A stretch of DNA of 63,166 bases, filler included, from Chrysochromulina tobinii (Eukaryota), in the NCBI GenBank assembly GCA_001275005.1. It is 9 parts of 9 records of this genome, joined end to end, with 100 filler letters (N's around TTAATTAATTAA, not from the genome) between each part and the next. Parts side by side here need not be neighbours in the genome. Positions count along the whole stretch, not along the records: positions 42,551 to 53,119 come from JWZX01000871.1; positions 53,220 to 55,585 come from JWZX01000872.1; positions 55,686 to 61,521 come from JWZX01000873.1; 6 more parts are not named here. One strand, given 5' to 3'. Positions 46,011-57,625 of the stretch are shown here, in pieces. Each line of letters begins with the position of its first letter. The first letter of the stretch is position 1. Under the pieces are notes generated by a model. The model saw only the letters and a list, made by a program, of their open reading frames with translations. It did no database searches and was not told where the DNA came from. Made by a program: the position numbers and the translations under genes.

Positions 46011-46943
46011 ACGAGTCATTCGACGAGTCATGACCTCTAATGACCTCTAATGACCTCTAATGACCTCTAATGGCCTTGCCCAAGGAAGCACCGCGTGATG
46101 GCAGCCGCCTAGCCGCCGCTTGGACGTCGACGCTGATTGACGGATCAGAAAGTGCAGCCACGCGCGGTTGAGCTCCCTACAGAGACAACCTAGGGAGAGG
46201 AAGGGAGAGGTAGGGAGAAGAAGATCATGTGGAGATCATGTGGAGATCTTGAACGGAGCCCCGCTGGCCGAACGGAATACAGTCACTGGGTTCCCCAACA
46301 TACCTCTAAACCTCTCTCATGACCTCGCCTCTCGTCTCTTCATACGAGCCTGCAGCCTGGCCGGTCGCCCACCTTGGCGCGTGTGCGTGCAGTGACCAGA
46401 GTGGGCTGTGCGGCACGGCCGGGGTGGCACGGGGCACGCACCGAGCCAGAGAACGCGACGTCGGAGGTCATAGAAGCGTACGGTAGAGAAGCGAAAAAAG
46501 CATGCTTGTACAGTCACGTGGAGGTGTCTGACTGGTCGCACGGGTCTGACAGCCCTGCGGTGTGTACACCGTAGTAGTACTGACATTCGTCTCGCTACGA
46601 CCTTCGGCCGGCTGAACGGCTAAAAGTCGCGCTCCCCACCCTACAGTCACGCTCTAAACACGCTCTCGAGGTGCTCCCGTCCGCTGCTCGATCTCCATCT
46701 CCTATCCACCTCCATCTAGATCTCGATCTCGATCTCCGCTGCTCGATCTCCTTCCTGCATCCATCTCCTACAGTACAGCTACACTCGGCTCGCTTGTACC
46801 TGCCAAGACGCGCGGCACACCGAGCGTCCCCCGGCACCACGAGCAGCCGAGGGGGGGGGGGAGCACCCCGAGTCACCGAGCGTTCCGACCTTCCGTCAGA
46901 GGCTCTACAGGCTAAGCTTTGCGTCCATCTCGAACACCACATC

Positions 46944-49900
46944 TTACAGCTTGCTTGCGAACTGGGCCTCGCGGCCCCGCGCCGCCAGCGCAACGAACGC
47001 GGTCGTCACACCCTCGCTCGGCGCCGTCACGGGCGCATCCTCACGCGTCGTCGCGGGCAAGAGCGCCGCCGCGAGCAGCTCTTCGGCGGTGGAGCACCAG
47101 ATGAGCGTGAGCTCGGCTTTGACCTAATTTGGGCGATGCCAAGAGTCGGCGCTCAGGCATGCAGATAGGAACACTCAGATGCACCATCAGTGGCAATCAC
47201 TTCGGGGGCGAGATCATGCACATCCTAATTAGGAACACTGAGATGCGCCATCAGTGGCAATCACCTCGGGGGCGAGATCATGCACATCCTTCTCGTTCCT
47301 ACGTGGCAGCAGCACGCGCTGCACGCCCGACCGATGCGCCGCGAGCACCTGTGAGGGATGCAATCAGAGGTCATCATCAGAGGTCATCATCAGAGGTCAT
47401 CATGAGAGCATCGCGAGCACCTGATGAGGGAGGCAATCAGCGGTGCAATGAGGGCTCATCAGTGGTGCTCAGCGGTCATCAGTCCGCCCGGTGCACCGCG
47501 AGATCGCCGCGAGATCACCTTCTCGCGCACGCCGCCCACAGGGAGCACTTGACCTCGCAGTGAGATCTCGCCCGTCATCGCGGTATCCGAGCGTGCCAAC
47601 CGGCCTGTGAAGAGCGATGCGAGCGCCACAAGCACCGCTGCTCCGGCGGAGGGGCCGTCCTTCCGGATGGCGCCCGCGGGGAAGTGCACCTGATGATGGA
47701 GGCCATCAGCCGCCCATTAGCATGCAAGTAACCCCTCGCAATCGGCCTCGCGATCCGTGGCCATCAGTGGCCTTCAGTTGCAATCAGTGGCCTCCAGGGG
47801 ACGCGTACGTGCACATCGATGCCTGAGAGCAGCGAGGTGGCCGAGATCGCGCTCGTCTCGGCGCGAGATGCGCTCGAGATCGCGTCGTGCTCGCCGCTTC
47901 CCGAGGGTTTCGTTATGAGTTTCGTCGAGGGTCTCGTCATTGCCGCATTTGGCGCCGAGGCGGCGGCGGCGGGCGGCGGCAGCTGCTCCTCAAGCCCGAG
48001 CTCAGCCGCCTGAAAGCGAGGCAACCAGCGAGGCCATGGACGTGGTCATGAACGTGGCAATGAGCGAGGCAATCAAGAGAGGGCCATCGGCGGCATGCAC
48101 CTGCGAGCGAAGGTAGGAGAGGGCCGTTTGCACGGACTCCTGCATCACCTCCCCAATCTGGCCTGTCAAGATGAGCTGCGATGACGGAGACGATGCACAG
48201 CAGCACTCAGTGGCCATCAGGCGCCTATCAAGCCCCGCTCACGAAGCAATCACGCTGGAGATGCGCGTGAGATCACGGGAGATGCGCGGGAGATCGAGGG
48301 AGATGTGCACCTGGCCCGAGCCGCGCATGCGTGAGGACTCGATGAAGAGCAGTTCGCCCCCCGCCGGCGTCCAAGCGAGCCCGAGGGCAATCCCCGGCCG
48401 TGTGAAGACCTCCCGCGCTTCCCTCTCGTACTTACGGGGGCCGAGTAACCGCCCGAGCTCCTCCGGGGGCACCTGATGAGGGATGCAATCAGAGGTCATC
48501 ATGGGCCGAGTAACCGCCCGAGCTCCCCGGGTGCGTGTGAGTACCGAGGTTGGGAAGGAGGCGGCAGGTCATCAGGGAGGCGATCCGGTCAGCCTTCATC
48601 AGGTTGGGCCATCAGGGAGATTGTGGGGAGGTTGGGTCATCAGGGAGATTGTGGGGAGGTTGGATCATCAGGGAGATTGTGGGGAGGTTGGATCATCAGG
48701 GAGATTGTGGGGAGGTTGGGTCATCAGGGAGATTGTGGGGAGGTTGGGTCAATCAGGGAGATTGTGGGGAGGTTGGGTCATCAGGGAGATTGTGGGGAGG
48801 TTGGGTCATCAAGGAGGCGATCCGGTCAGTCCTCATCGAGAGGCGTCCAGATACTAACGCATCTGTGGCAATCCAGATAGTATCTGGTCAATCTGCGTTA
48901 GTATGTGACACCACGTGCGGCGCAATCTCGTATCTCCCCGCAATCTCGTATCTCCCCACAATCTCGTATCTCCCCACAATCTCCCCAATCAAGAGGAGCA
49001 CTCACCGTGATCGCGGGCGCAATCAAGAGGAGCGCTCACCGTGATCGCGGGCGCCGCCTCGCGCTCCTTGCCAGGTGGCAGCTTGGCCAGTTCCACAGCG
49101 ACCGCCCGACACAGCGCCGCGACCTCGCGCTCGAGAGATCGCAATCCCGCCTCTCGAGTGTAACCGTCCACCAGCGCGACGAGCGTCGTATCGGGCAGAC
49201 GCACGAAGTCCGCAGGCAGTCCACTCTGGCGCACCTGCTCCATCAATGGTAATCAGTGGCAATCAGAGGTCATCAGTGGCAGTCCACTCTGGCGCACCTG
49301 CTCCATCAATGGTAATCAGTGGCAATCAGAGGTCATCAGTGGCAGTCCACTCTGGCGCACCTGCTCCATCAGCAGAGAGGCGGTAATCAGTGACAATCAG
49401 TGGCCATCAGTGGCCATCAGTGGCCATCAAAGGTCATCAATCAGAGGCAATCACCTGTCGCGGCAGCAGGTGGCGCTGGGCGATGTGGAGCTTCTCATCA
49501 AGCGTGTAGCCGCTGATCTCGATAATCTCGAGACGATCGAGCAGCGCCGGAGGTAATCGGTCCGTCGCGTTCGCCGTCGCGAGGAAGAGCACCTGATGAG
49601 GGAGGCAATCAGAGGTCATCATCAGAGTAATCGGTCTGTAACGTTCGCCGTCGCGAGGAAGAGCACCTGATGAGGGAGGCAATCAGTGGAGGGAATACTT
49701 GGTCATCAGCGGCCATCAGCGGCCATCAGCGGCCATCAGAGATCATCAGTGGCCATCAAGGGTCATCAGCAGCACTCGCAGGAGACCGTTACCTTGGAGA
49801 GGTCCACCGGCAGGTTGAGGTAGTGGTCGGTGAACGCGCCGTTCTGGGCGGGGTCGAGCACCTGATGAGGGAGGCAATCAGAGGTCATCATCAGAGTAAT

Positions 49901-52606
49901 CGGACGCGCCGTTCTGGGCGGGGTCGAGCACCTCGAGCAGCGCGGCGGACGGGTCGGATCTCCCATCTCGGCCGAGCTTCTCGATCTCGTCAAGCATGAG
50001 CACCTGATGAGGCATGCAATCAGAGGTCATCATCAGAGTAATCGACCGAGCTTCTCGATCTCGTCAAGCATGAGCACCTGCAATCACAAGAGGTCATCAA
50101 GAGGCCATCAAGAGGCCATCAAGAGGTCATTAAGAGGTAATCAAGAGGCCATCAGTGGCAACCAAGCTCACCGGATTGCTCGTGCCCGCCCGGCGCAGCG
50201 CCTGCGCAATCAGCCCTGGCAACGCGCCCACATATGTGCGTCGATGTCCCCGGATGTCGGCCGCATCCGACACACCTGATGAGAGGTCATCATCAGAGGT
50301 CATCATCAGAGGTCATCACATACCTCCGAGCGAGATGCGCTCAAACCTGATGAGGGATGCAATCAGAGGTCATCATCAGAGGTCTTCATCAGAGGTCATC
50401 ACACACCTCCGAGCGAGATGCGCTCAAACTTGCGCCCGAGTGCACTCGCAATCGACTTGCCGAGTGAGGTCTTACCGACGCCGGGGGGGCCAACGAGGCA
50501 CCTGACGAGGGAGGCAATCAGCGAGGGTCATCAGCGAGGCTCATCAGCGAATGTCATCAGCGAGGGTCATCAGCGAGGGTCATCAGCGCACAGGATCGGC
50601 CCGCGCGTGTCTTGATGAAGGGAGGCAATCAGACTGATGAGGGAGGCAATCAGTCATCACGCACAGGATCGGCCCGCGCGTGTCTTGACGAAGGGAGACG
50701 ACAGCGAGATACTCGTAGATGCGCCGCTTGACGGAACTCAGGCCATAATGCTCCTGGTCAAGCACCTGATGAGGGCGGCAATCAGTGGCAATCCGCCGCA
50801 CTCAGACGTCAGTCATCAGATGCACGCAAGCCATCTGAGTGCCATCTGATTTCAATCTGAGTGCAATCTGAGTGCAATCTGGGCGCACCTCGCGCGCGTG
50901 GCTCAGGTCGAGCTGATCTTCGGAGGTACGCCCCCACGGCATGGCCGCGAGCCAATCGAGGTAATTGAGCAGCACCGAGTACTCTGCATGCATGGGCTGC
51001 ATCTGGCGCAATCTGCGCAGCTCGCGCTCGGCAACGGCGCGCGCCGTGTCGGGCAGCTGGGCCGTCCTCAGCCGAGCGTGCACCTCGGCGACCTCGTCTT
51101 TATCTCCCGCCTCGACCGCCTCAGCTGAAGGGGGGTCTCCTCCGAGCCCACTGCCGCCGCCGCCGCCGCCCAGCCCGCCGCCGCGGCCAGCGCCGCCGCC
51201 GCCGAGCCCGCGGGCGCCGTGCCGGCCATCCCTGAGGCCGCCTCCCGCGCCTCCATTGACGAACCCGCCGCCATTGACGAACCCGCCGCCGCCCTCGCGC
51301 AGCTTCTGACGAATCGCCATTAGCTGCTGCTTGAGCCACAGCTCGCGCGCCGTAGCGAGCGCGTCGTCTCGGGCGCCGGTCGTGCGGCCTGGGAGCGTCG
51401 TAATGAGCGCGAACCGCCGTGCGAGGTCGAGGCGCCGTAGTGAGCGCATCAGCTCGAGTTGCCTGTTTAGGATCGAGATCACGAGCTCGGCGCGCTCGCT
51501 GATGAGCGCCGTCTCGAGCACTGCCTGCTTCTCGATGGGACTGGCGTCCGCAGCCGCCGCCAGGCCGTCGACCTGCGAGCCAAGAGGTTATCCGAGATGT
51601 CATCAGAGGGGTCATCAGAGAGGTCATCCGAGAGGTTATCCGAGATGTCATCAGGGAGGTCATCAGAGAGGCCATCCGAGAGATTATCCGAGATGTCATC
51701 AGAGGGGTCATCAGAGAGGTCATCAGAGAGGTCATCCGAGAGGTCATCAGAGAGGTCATCAGAGAGGCCATCAGAGGTGATCAGGCGGCACTCACCAGCA
51801 GCGCGAGCGTGCTCGCATCCATGCGGCCGCCCGAGCGGCGCACGGCGGCGAGCAGGGAGGCGGCGCCGTGGTGGGCGAGCAGCGACGACGCGCCGTGCTG
51901 AGCGTCCTGAGCGTCCTGAGCGTCCGCAGCGCCGCCGCCTTCGAGCTCAGAGTTCGAATTCGACTCGAGGCCGGACGCGATGGCAGCTAGGGCGCCGTGC
52001 TGGAGCGAGCGCAGCACCTGAGGCACGAAAGAAGGGCAGAGGCACTCAGTGGCACGCCGTCGCACTCACTCGAAGGCCTATCAGTGGCTCTCAGTGGATC
52101 GGCGCCGTGCTGGGCACCTCCTGCGCCAGACTGTGCAACGCGAGCCCGTAGGTCGTCGCGCTCTCGTGATCTAGCTCCGACCCCGGCTCGAAGCGGCGCG
52201 CTGTGAGGCGTAGGTAGGGCTTCTCCTGCGCGGTGGCGCCCGCCGGCTCAAAGGTCAGCCGCTCGACGCCCTGCACCACGATCACGTACACGGCCGCAGC
52301 CGAGAGGCCGCTGCCGCCCGCGCCGGCGCCGACCATGGCCTGCGTGACCGCGCGCACCTCGAGCAGCCGCACCGCCGTGCCGACACGGTGGATGGGCGGC
52401 TCTTCGTCGGGCTTGGCGAGCGACACCGCCAAGAGCGCCGCCGACGAGGAACGCGCGAGGTCGTCGAGCGGCCCAAAGGGCTGGCCGAGCGCATCGAGGA
52501 GCCGTTCGATGAGCGCGACGGAGGAGCGCTTGCCAACGGCGTACGTGGCGACCTGCATCGGGAAGAGCACGCGGCGCACCGGGAGCACCGAGAACGTTGC
52601 CTCCAT
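46944..52606 (-). CDS. LONP2: Peroxisomal Lon protease, 16 exons, ~1013 aa
   Basis: Exons 52606-52118, 52017-51796, 51572-50889, 50765-50665, 50501-50407, 50275-50172, 50003-49932, 49861-49793, 49592-49455, 49234-49040, 48472-48311, 48175-48101, 48009-47809, 47689-47519, 47348-47265, 47123-46944 give one frame: Walker A GPPGVGKT, Walker [16 protein letters not shown] (Ser), GGVREK (Lys), C-terminal SKL (PTS1). Confidence 0.93.
48610..48988. repeat. Lon intron 10 minisatellites: ~7 x 28 bp CATCAGGGAGATTGTGGGGAGGTTGGGT plus opposite-orientation 18-bp units
   Basis: Read directly; TCCCCACAATCTCC at 48971-48984 is the reverse complement of the GGAGATTGTGGGGA core. Confidence 0.9.
51585..51780. 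repeat. Lon intron 2 array of 12-bp units (CATCAGAGAGGT variants)
   Basis: Tandem units read directly; 12-mer variant of the GATGACCTCT motif. Confidence 0.92.
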
Positions 52607-53219
52607 GGTTGTCCCGCTCCTCAGTGCTTGCAGTAAGCGTCACGCTCGGTCCACGGAAGCAGGAAGTTTTTGTCCAAATTAGGAGGGCAGTCCACATGCA
52701 ATTGGGGGAACGGGGGAGGGGGGGCAAGTTCAACCCCCCTCTGCACGGGCGACCATGTACCGGTGCCCGACGAGAAGCTTGATAGTGAGCGTTGGTCGAG
52801 GGTCGGCAGCGGCGTGCATGCAGACAAGTAAGTCAAAGTCGCAGTGTCCGCAGGCGAGGGAGTTAAAACCCCAGGTGCTTACCCTGCCGGGCAAGTGCAG
52901 GTGCAGGTGCTAAGTAGAACATCGATGTGTCTGTCGGGGAGCTGGGCGACTTGTCATCCGCTGGGCTGCCCATCGCATACAGCTGGCCGTCCCATGGATT
53001 ATTGTTGATTATGCATCGCGCTGTTCTCGCCGCTGCTCTCGCCGCTGCTCTTGCCGCTGCCGCTCCTCCCGCATCCGGCGCCGCTCCCCTCCCCGCCCCC
53101 ATGAGCCGCTCCCCTCCCCNNNNNNNNNNNNNNNNNNNNNNNNNNNNNNNNNNNNNNNNNNNNTTAATTAATTAANNNNNNNNNNNNNNNNNNNNNNNNN
53201 NNNNNNNNNNNNNNNNNNN

Positions 53220-54778
53220 CGCTCTCCATCTTGAGAGAGTCCGTCGACGCGACCTGCTTGAGCAGCTTGGCGATGAGCGAGACGCCCGACTCGATGAGAT
53301 TGATGTCGGAGCGCACCTCCTTGAGGAACACGCGCGCGGCGTCCGTCTCGGGCTTGATGGACGCGAGGACTTGCCGCGCGAGCCATCTGTTCGCGTCGAC
53401 GTACTCGTCTGTCGAGTGCGACTTGGAGAGGGTGTACGGTTCGGCCCGCAGCGTCATGCCCACGAGCTCGCTGGCCTTGGCGCTGAGTCCCGACGCCGCG
53501 CCCGCGAGCGTCGTCGCCCACTCGCGCATCTCAGTGGCGTTCTTATCCATCGGGCAGGGCGGGATGATTCCGTCGCGGATGTCCTTGGGCGTATAGACCT
53601 TGGGCTCCCGCGGCTCGGGCTTGAGCTGCTTCATCGTCTCCATGAGGGCGACGAGTACGGCGTCACGCGACGTGGTCTCCTTGTGTTGCATGCTCGCCAG
53701 ACTGATCCGCATCGTCTCGAGCTCTCGTGCCATGTGCCGCTCTTTGGCCTCTGCCTCGGCCGCCCGCTGCTGCGCGAACGCCTCACGGACGTCGCCTTCG
53801 ACGTGTCTCGCCTCAGCTTGGGCTCGCTCCGCTGCGAGCCGTTCGCGCGTCTTGCCGCGCTGCATGATCTCCTCGACCGTGGTCTCCGGCTCTTCGTCCG
53901 CGATGGCCTCTTCGGTTGGATGGATCGTGCTCAGGCTTGCACGTAGCGAGCGACGGCGCTCGGCTACTCTCTGCAGCTCAGCTAGAAGCGCACGCTCCGT
54001 GCGTTCGATGTCCGCGCTCTCGTCGGCTTCTGCTGACGCCTCTTCGGGCGTGAGCTTGCGGGACGTTCGTCCTGCAACTTTGGTGCTGGCGTGCTTCGTC
54101 GCTGCATCGACCTCCGTTGTTCTCGGAGACATTTGCATTGTTTTTGCCCACAAATTGTCAGCATTTTGACCCGCACCGGAGTCCCGAACCTGCGGTTCGC
54201 GGCCGAACTCGCTGGGCGAGCTGCGCCATTGGGTGGACGTACCGTCCTTCGTGTCCTCCGGTTCGTACGAGTTCTCGTCGTACGGCGGGGCCTCTGGCGG
54301 TGCCTTGGTTCCGGCACCTGTTCTGGGGTTCGCCCAGGGATCGTTGAGGATCGTTGAATTACCACTCGATACCATGGGAACGGGAGCCCTCGGCTCCAGG
54401 GACCCTTGCATGCCGCTTAGGAGGTCCGGCGAGTAGACCTGACCTCTCGAGAGCGGGTCGAAGTCCGTAAGAGGTTCTTAGATGTCACCACTGGACAAAC
54501 ACTCTTCGACTCGCGCGCGGAAACCCCGCGCGCCCTTTCACCGGGACGGCGCTTGACGTAACTCTACGTGCATGCGACCGGAACGTCCCGGACCCGGTTT
54601 ACCGACTCGCACTCGTTATCATGCGCACGCCTCCCGAGTGTGCGCCTTCTGAGGGCCGACGCTTTATTCGTATTTGTATGGTCCTCGGAATTCTGAAGAA
54701 GCCGAGCGCTTTCGGAGTCCAGAGTCGGCAAGTCGGCCGGTTCTCTCGGCGCACTCTGTTCGGGGGTTTGAAGCGACA
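53220..54778 (-). mobile_element. 5' part of an LTR retrotransposon: putative LTR 54778-54492, PBS from 54490, gag-like ORF 54411->53220
   Basis: Minus strand TG...CA segment containing AATAAA (54668-54663), followed after one base by TGGTGACATC (complementary to a tRNA 3' end), then a long ORF with coiled coil and helical gag-like region running into the linker. No pol visible. Confidence 0.55.
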
Positions 54779-55473
54779 GAAATACAAATGGACGTTGTCG
54801 AGAATGTCGAACGCAACGTACGCAACACGGGCCTGCCGAGCAAGGAGGAGCGCCGCATGCTGCACAATCCTTTCTCTGCCGCGGAGCCTGCCGTCCCAGC
54901 CAGGCCGACAGATGAGCAGCTCGCCGCGCTCGGCGAGGCACAGGTCAAGGCAGCGCAGGCGTGGCAAGCGGCTTCTGAGGCGGATGCCCCGCGCCGTGAG
55001 CGCGTGCTGCAGATGAAAGGCTGCCTCGATGGACAGTGCTGCTACATGGTTCCTGGACAGATGCAGAACGGTCCGTCGGTGTACAAGTGAAGAGAAATTT
55101 CCGGCCCTCGGTTCCTGAACGTGCGAGTTACTTCGATGTGACTGACCTAATGACGGAGCAAGCGTCGAGCTCGCGTCGAGGGCAGTGTATGTGGATACAC
55201 ATGTCCGGGTTCATGTCATCGCATGAGCCCTAGCAACGAGGGCGCCAGAGCGGACCCCTGGAGCCTGGTTTGTGTGAGGGTGTGTGGTGTCTGACTCTGC
55301 ATGTTTGCCGGTGTGCGTGTCGCCTTTGGTGGTGCCTGGCGTGGTTCCCGTTGACAAGTGGCCGATCCTGTCCACTGCCACACGTCCGTGCCGGCGATAA
55401 GTGCGGCCGGCAGATTCATGATCATGTGTCTCGAGCCAGAGGATCTTTCTGATTCTCCGGACGGAATCATTAC

Positions 55474-55585
55474 GATTGGGTAGGTACCACTTGTCGAGGA
55501 CCGACGGGGGGGCGCGTTCCCTCGTGGGGCAACTTGATTACGAACTAGGCAGCACCTAGGCAGTCAAATAATGCACATAATGCAA
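55474..55585. mobile_element. Terminus of a second copy of the hAT-like family, truncated by contig end
   Basis: TGGGTAGGTACCACTTGTCG...GCGCGTTCCCTC...CTTGATTACGAACTAGGCAGCACCTAGGCAGTCAAATAAT matches the reverse complement of 41080-41216. Confidence 0.85.
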
Positions 55586-56919
55586 NNNNNNNNNNNNNNN
55601 NNNNNNNNNNNNNNNNNNNNNNNNNNNNNTTAATTAATTAANNNNNNNNNNNNNNNNNNNNNNNNNNNNNNNNNNNNNNNNNNNNATCGCTGCGACTAGA
55701 GTTTCACGTCGGGCCTGTCCAGTTACAAAACAGAGAGTTTATGCATGCATCGTACCTTTTATGCATTCACGTTCACGTTCACGTTAATTTGCCATCTCGG
55801 CAAGACGCACAGCCACAGGTCCCGTGGAGACACAACGTGGGGGGCGCAGACCTTTTATGCATTCTATTCCCAAACGCAAAAAATCTGGTCTGGACCAACC
55901 GCCCCTTTTGCCGGGTCACTTTGATATAAAACACGATAGAACGTGCCGCACGCCATATACGCACCACTGACCACAGGCGTAACCGAATGGCTTCAATGGG
56001 AGGCACTAAGGAGGCACCGATATCGATCTCTGACGTCCTCTGCGATTGAAAGCGGAATCTAAAGCAAAAGTTTGCACAGTAGCCAAACTAACACCAAACG
56101 AGTTGAGCGCACGAGATGACTGCGCGCGTAACGCCTTGGGTACACCTTAAAAAGAGATCGGCGTGCAAAACGCCCTCTGACCCAAACGAATAAACGCGCA
56201 GAACCGGCGCCCGTTCCGGCCCACGAGAGGATAGCGCTCGAGAGGGCTGCCGCACACCTGCGTGGGCGCCCCAAAGGAGTTTGGAGGGCCCCTCGAGCCG
56301 CCCACCCGCTGGGAGGGCAGCCCGAGAGGCCGGGTGACGCAAAGACGGCTGCTGGCCTGCTTACAGGATAAGCAGGCAGCAGCCGTACGAAGCTGCCCTG
56401 ATGAAGCACACAACCAGGCACTGCGGCGGGCACACACGGCGCGCAACGCACAGCCGCTGCGTTTCCCCTTGGAAGTAGGCATTCCGAGCCGTGCTGCCGA
56501 CGAGCTGCGATGCTGCCTACCACACCCACGCATTCACAGGCGGCTCGGTCCACGGACTAGTATCCCGAACTCGTCCAGCCCAAGGCGTAGGGCGTCGTAG
56601 TAGCACACCGCCTCGGACTTGTCGTAGTACGGCCCCGCTGTCATTCGCCCCATCGATCGCCTCCGCCCGCTGCAGGCAGCTCCCCCACGATGCACGCCAG
56701 CGTGTCGACGAAAGGGGGTGCCAGTAGAGCTTCGCGGCGCACTCGGCGGACGTGCCTGCAGCGGGCACGGCTCGAGGAAGCGGCTGGGGACGTGGTGCAA
56801 GGTCGTCAGATATGCCGCGCTCACCACGGGGGGGGAGGAGGCCATTGCGGCCGCCGATCGCTTGGCAGGAGGCATCGCTGGCAGGGGCAGCGCGGCTCGC
56901 GGGGCGACTCGCGGAGCGG

Positions 56920-57150
56920 CCCGCGAGCGAGAACGCGTGCGAGAACGTGTCCGAGGCCGCGCGCGAGGCCGCGTGCGCTATTGCGCGCGAGAACGCGTGC
57001 GCGACCGCGCTGCGAGGCCGCGTGCGCCAGTGCGTGCGATCCGGCATGCGATATCGCACACGAAAGGCGAGCGGGATCGCACGCGAGAACGCACGCGATC
57101 TCGCCGCGCGGCCCGCACGCGAGATCGCACGCGGTTCGTGTGCGAGATCG
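56920..57150. repeat. CpG-rich degenerate repeats (GCGAGAACGCGTGC / GATCGCAC), probably transposon-associated
   Basis: Multiple short direct and inverted units next to a frameshifted coding-like segment at 56530-56875. Confidence 0.5.
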
Positions 57151-57625
57151 CAGTGCGCCCCGCGGGGGATCCCCGCGCGACTCACTTACCCGCTGCGACT
57201 CACTTTGTGTGTCACACCTTCCTATCACGTCGAGTGTGATACAATGTAGGCAAGAAGGAGGCTCCGAAGAAGTGTCCTCATCACGAGTTTGTAGTCAGTT
57301 TCGTCGCGCACCACTGCTTTCATCACGACACCGAACAAAGGTGGCTCCGCACCTTCAAAACAAGTACTACGTACTCGCTCGCTCGGGCTGAGTGTAGGTC
57401 GGTCTCTCCCAGAAGACAGGGTGGACCGTCGTGTGGACGCTCGGGATTGGTTTTTCTTTAACTCTAGTATGTGTTTTTTGTCAACTCTAGTATAACATTG
57501 CTCATTGGGAGTGCGGAATAAAAGTTTTACATTTTATTGTCAACCGTCTGTGAATTGCGGATGAATCTCATTAGTAAAATAACCACAAATAGCAGTTTCG
57601 GAGTTCGGAAAGCTCCACTAGACCA

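Noticed and set aside
46944..46955. C-terminal SKL on Lon
   Set aside because: Expected PTS1 of the peroxisomal isoform; used for annotation, not novel.
49862..49903. CTGATGA as hammerhead core, or ATGATGA/CTGA as C/D snoRNA boxes
   Set aside because: No GAAA and stem arrangement for a hammerhead; no terminal stem or guide region for a snoRNA; the motifs arise from the repeat itself.
52863..53119. Short ORF at contig end
   Set aside because: Low complexity and truncated; unsupported.
56060..56875. Coding-like fragments on the minus strand
   Set aside because: Frameshifted and unidentifiable; cannot assign a product.
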